Of a DNA stretch of 64,000 nucleotides, positions 61,652 to 64,000 are shown one piece after another. Position numbers and translations under genes: made by a program. The notes under the pieces are model-generated. The model saw only the letters and a list, made by a program, of their open reading frames with translations, searched no databases and had not been told where the DNA came from. The stretch is from Podarcis gaigeae (lineage: Eukaryota): the NCBI GenBank assembly GCA_964106915.2, contig OZ066919.1, one strand, 5' to 3'. Each line of letters starts with the position of its first letter. Position 1 is the first letter of the stretch.

Positions 61652-63057
61652 ACCTGGCTGCATGTCTCCATCCACAGAATGAAAGAGGAAAACAGTTATT
61701 AATATTTTATAAGCCACTTCCATACAAAATCTGGAGGATTATATTAAGACAACAGCAATGTTTTCCATCTTTATAGCAACTGTTGGCAGTAAACATTTTT
61801 CAGCACTCCTTCCCCATCCATAACATTTACAAATGTGCAAAATAACATATTTATAAGTGTGTCTGTCTCACTGGACTTTTCTAGGTTATATAAATGTTTG
61901 ATGGAAACGTTCTCCAAGGAAATCAATGTTTTATAAGAATTTAATGATAGCTCATCCAAATTCACTTCTCAGCGTGACAGCTGATTAACCCATTACTAGC
62001 TAGGAGACTTTAAAAGTGCTAACCTGGAAGGCCAAAGGCCAAGAAAATACTCTGCACTTCAAAATTCAATTCAGAATACTCCATAGCTGGTCACTAGGGA
62101 AAAAATGCTGAAGAGAGGGGCCATAATGAGTATAAATGCAGCAGTGCTAGATACTGTGAATGGCTAAAATAAATCAGTACTAGGAAGATCTCGATTTTTG
62201 TATTTTATTTTTTACCAGTAGTTCTTAAGCATCACTGATGGGAGGAATACTCTTCAGGTTTTCTTGTTTTCTGCAGGTAAGCTTCTATTCTTTCCTTACC
62301 ACCACTAGACAGGAGGATGCCTGAACAATTATGCAAATTAAATCTTAATGGCTGCATTTGTCTTCTATGGCAGTCAGCCAATAAGCTATGCAGGAGAGTC
62401 ATGCACACCCCTCCACTGCAGTTGCTTCCTGGGCTAAAGAGACCAGCCTCTCCATCCACTGCAGTGCCACAGTCTGGATGAATATCATTCTATCTCCTTG
62501 CTCATCAGGTTGATAATGGAGCAAGGGATGGTTAAAGAATGAGTTAATTCTCCATAAGTTGGTACAAAAAGGGTTTTTCTTCAAGATGCAGTTGGAGAGT
62601 ACTCATGACTGTCTTATTTCTGTTGCTGTGCAGACTGGCACAGAATGATGGCTGTGTTGGATCAGAAGCTCCAATTTACAACATTCTGAGGGTGTGAAGA
62701 ATTTTGGTGGTGAATAGTGTAGAAGAATTGTTGGAGACAGAACTGGAAAGACTTGCAAAGCAGAAACAGAAGGCTGAAGTTGCAGGACTTTGGCAACTTC
62801 GAACTTTTTGGACTTGCTGAGAACTTTAAGCAAGGACTCTGAAAGTTGAAAACCCTCTCTGGGCTCAGAGAGAGAAGCCTTCCTGAAGCAACTGTGTATA
62901 GTTTATATGTATAGTGCATTTTGTGTTTACTACACTTTGTCTGCTGTGGGGAGTTTAATTGCATTGCTGAACTTCTAACTGTGCATAGTCACCCAAAAGG
63001 TTATTACGTACAAACATGCAACAGAGAGCAATCTGCATCTGCAGCCATGATCTAGAT

Positions 63058-63194
63058 TGGGCTGCACAACCTGCAGCCTTCCAGATGTTGTTAGACTACA
63101 CCTCCCATCATCCTTGATCACTGGCTATGCTGTTTGGGGCTGATGGGAGTTGTAGTCCAGAAACATCTGGAGGGCCACAGGTTGTGCACCCCTG
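63058..63194. mobile_element. hAT-Charlie-type palindromic MITE
   Basis: 8-bp atctagat on both sides (NTCTAGAN Charlie target); TIRs tgcacaacctg / caggttgtgca. Confidence 0.85.
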
Positions 63195-64000
63195 ATCTAG
63201 ATGAACACTGGCTGGTGCTCTGCATTTCCTCAACCTATTCACACCATATTGGGTAGGTGGGGTCTGGGCTTTGGTGGACCACCAGTGAAGCTTGGAGGGC
63301 AACCTCTGATTCAAAACAGGAATTTTAAGCACCCAATCAGATTGGGATACAAATCTGGGGTCTCAATGGGCTGGATCCAGACTGAAGGTAGCCACACCTG
63401 CTGTAAATGGTACTAAATAGTAACAGTCATTATAAAGCAATAAAATGCCCAGTGCATTTGGTTGATGACAACTTTCCTCAAAGGACATTGATAGCACATA
63501 TAAATAAATAAAAAATAGCCATAATTCAGACAATTATAAACAAAGATTGAAATATTTTTAACTGTTCTAATTAAGTTCTTGTTTTCTCTGTAATTAAAAA
63601 GTGGATTGTAGTGTGCTTGCATTACTCTTAATTTCTTTATCTTGCTAATTCCTTCCTGTTTTTCATGTACTATAAAGATCCATAGACTGTATTTTTTAAT
63701 CAAGTGTGCCTTCTTTTAAGAACTTGATTATGTTGTAAATCCTTTCATATGCCTGTTTTTCCAACAAGGAGGTTAGAAAGCTTCATTTTATATATCTACA
63801 TATTATCTATCCAATATTGTGCAGAACACAAGTGTGTCTAATGACAGTTTATATTATGATCAGTTGAGGTTACAAGGTTTATTCCATGTTTAATGAATTT
63901 TATTGTCATGGGTTGTTCTACTGTAATTACTGCCCACATTTATAAACATAACATTGCCATTCATTTGTGATTGTATTTCATTTTTATGAAAGCCACTTTG

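Noticed and set aside
62560-62900. Coiled-coil-looking peptide VEELLETELERLAKQKQKAE on the + strand
   Set aside because: Short, bounded by stops, no recognisable family and no splice structure.
58731-64000. Upstream SRGAP2 exon 6 (..YYIHDLSDLID)
   Set aside because: Not found; it must lie beyond the window.

Overview
This is vertebrate genomic DNA, most likely a lacertid lizard (Podarcis/Lacerta-type), judged from its Sauria/Squam1, POM/Squam2 and Squam3 SINEs and its BovB, CR1, L2, RTE and Penelope remnants. The whole window lies inside the 3' part of SRGAP2 (SLIT-ROBO Rho GTPase-activating protein 2) on the minus strand. I traced 16 coding exons (equivalent to human exons 7-22 in the 22-exon numbering), all with GT-AG boundaries and matching phases. 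They total 2385 nt (794 aa plus stop) and cover the distal F-BAR/Fx region, RhoGAP, SH3 and the C-terminal tail ending DKSCTV, followed by 3'UTR. No second protein-coding gene, CRISPR array or genuine RNA gene is supported. The most interesting extra signals are: (1) a frame-preserving 39-nt cassette exon just upstream of the 25-nt microexon; (2) a candidate in-frame alternative first exon before exon 7 and a candidate in-frame alternative last exon after the RhoGAP; (3) an inverted, near-identical Squam3 SINE pair bracketing exons 10-11; (4) a TSD-flanked, internally deleted RTE element carrying a nested Penelope-derived hairpin with a minimal hammerhead ribozyme motif; (5) two unexplained local direct repeats. 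Repeat boundaries are approximate unless TSD/TIR coordinates are given, and repeat family names come from recall, not a database search.
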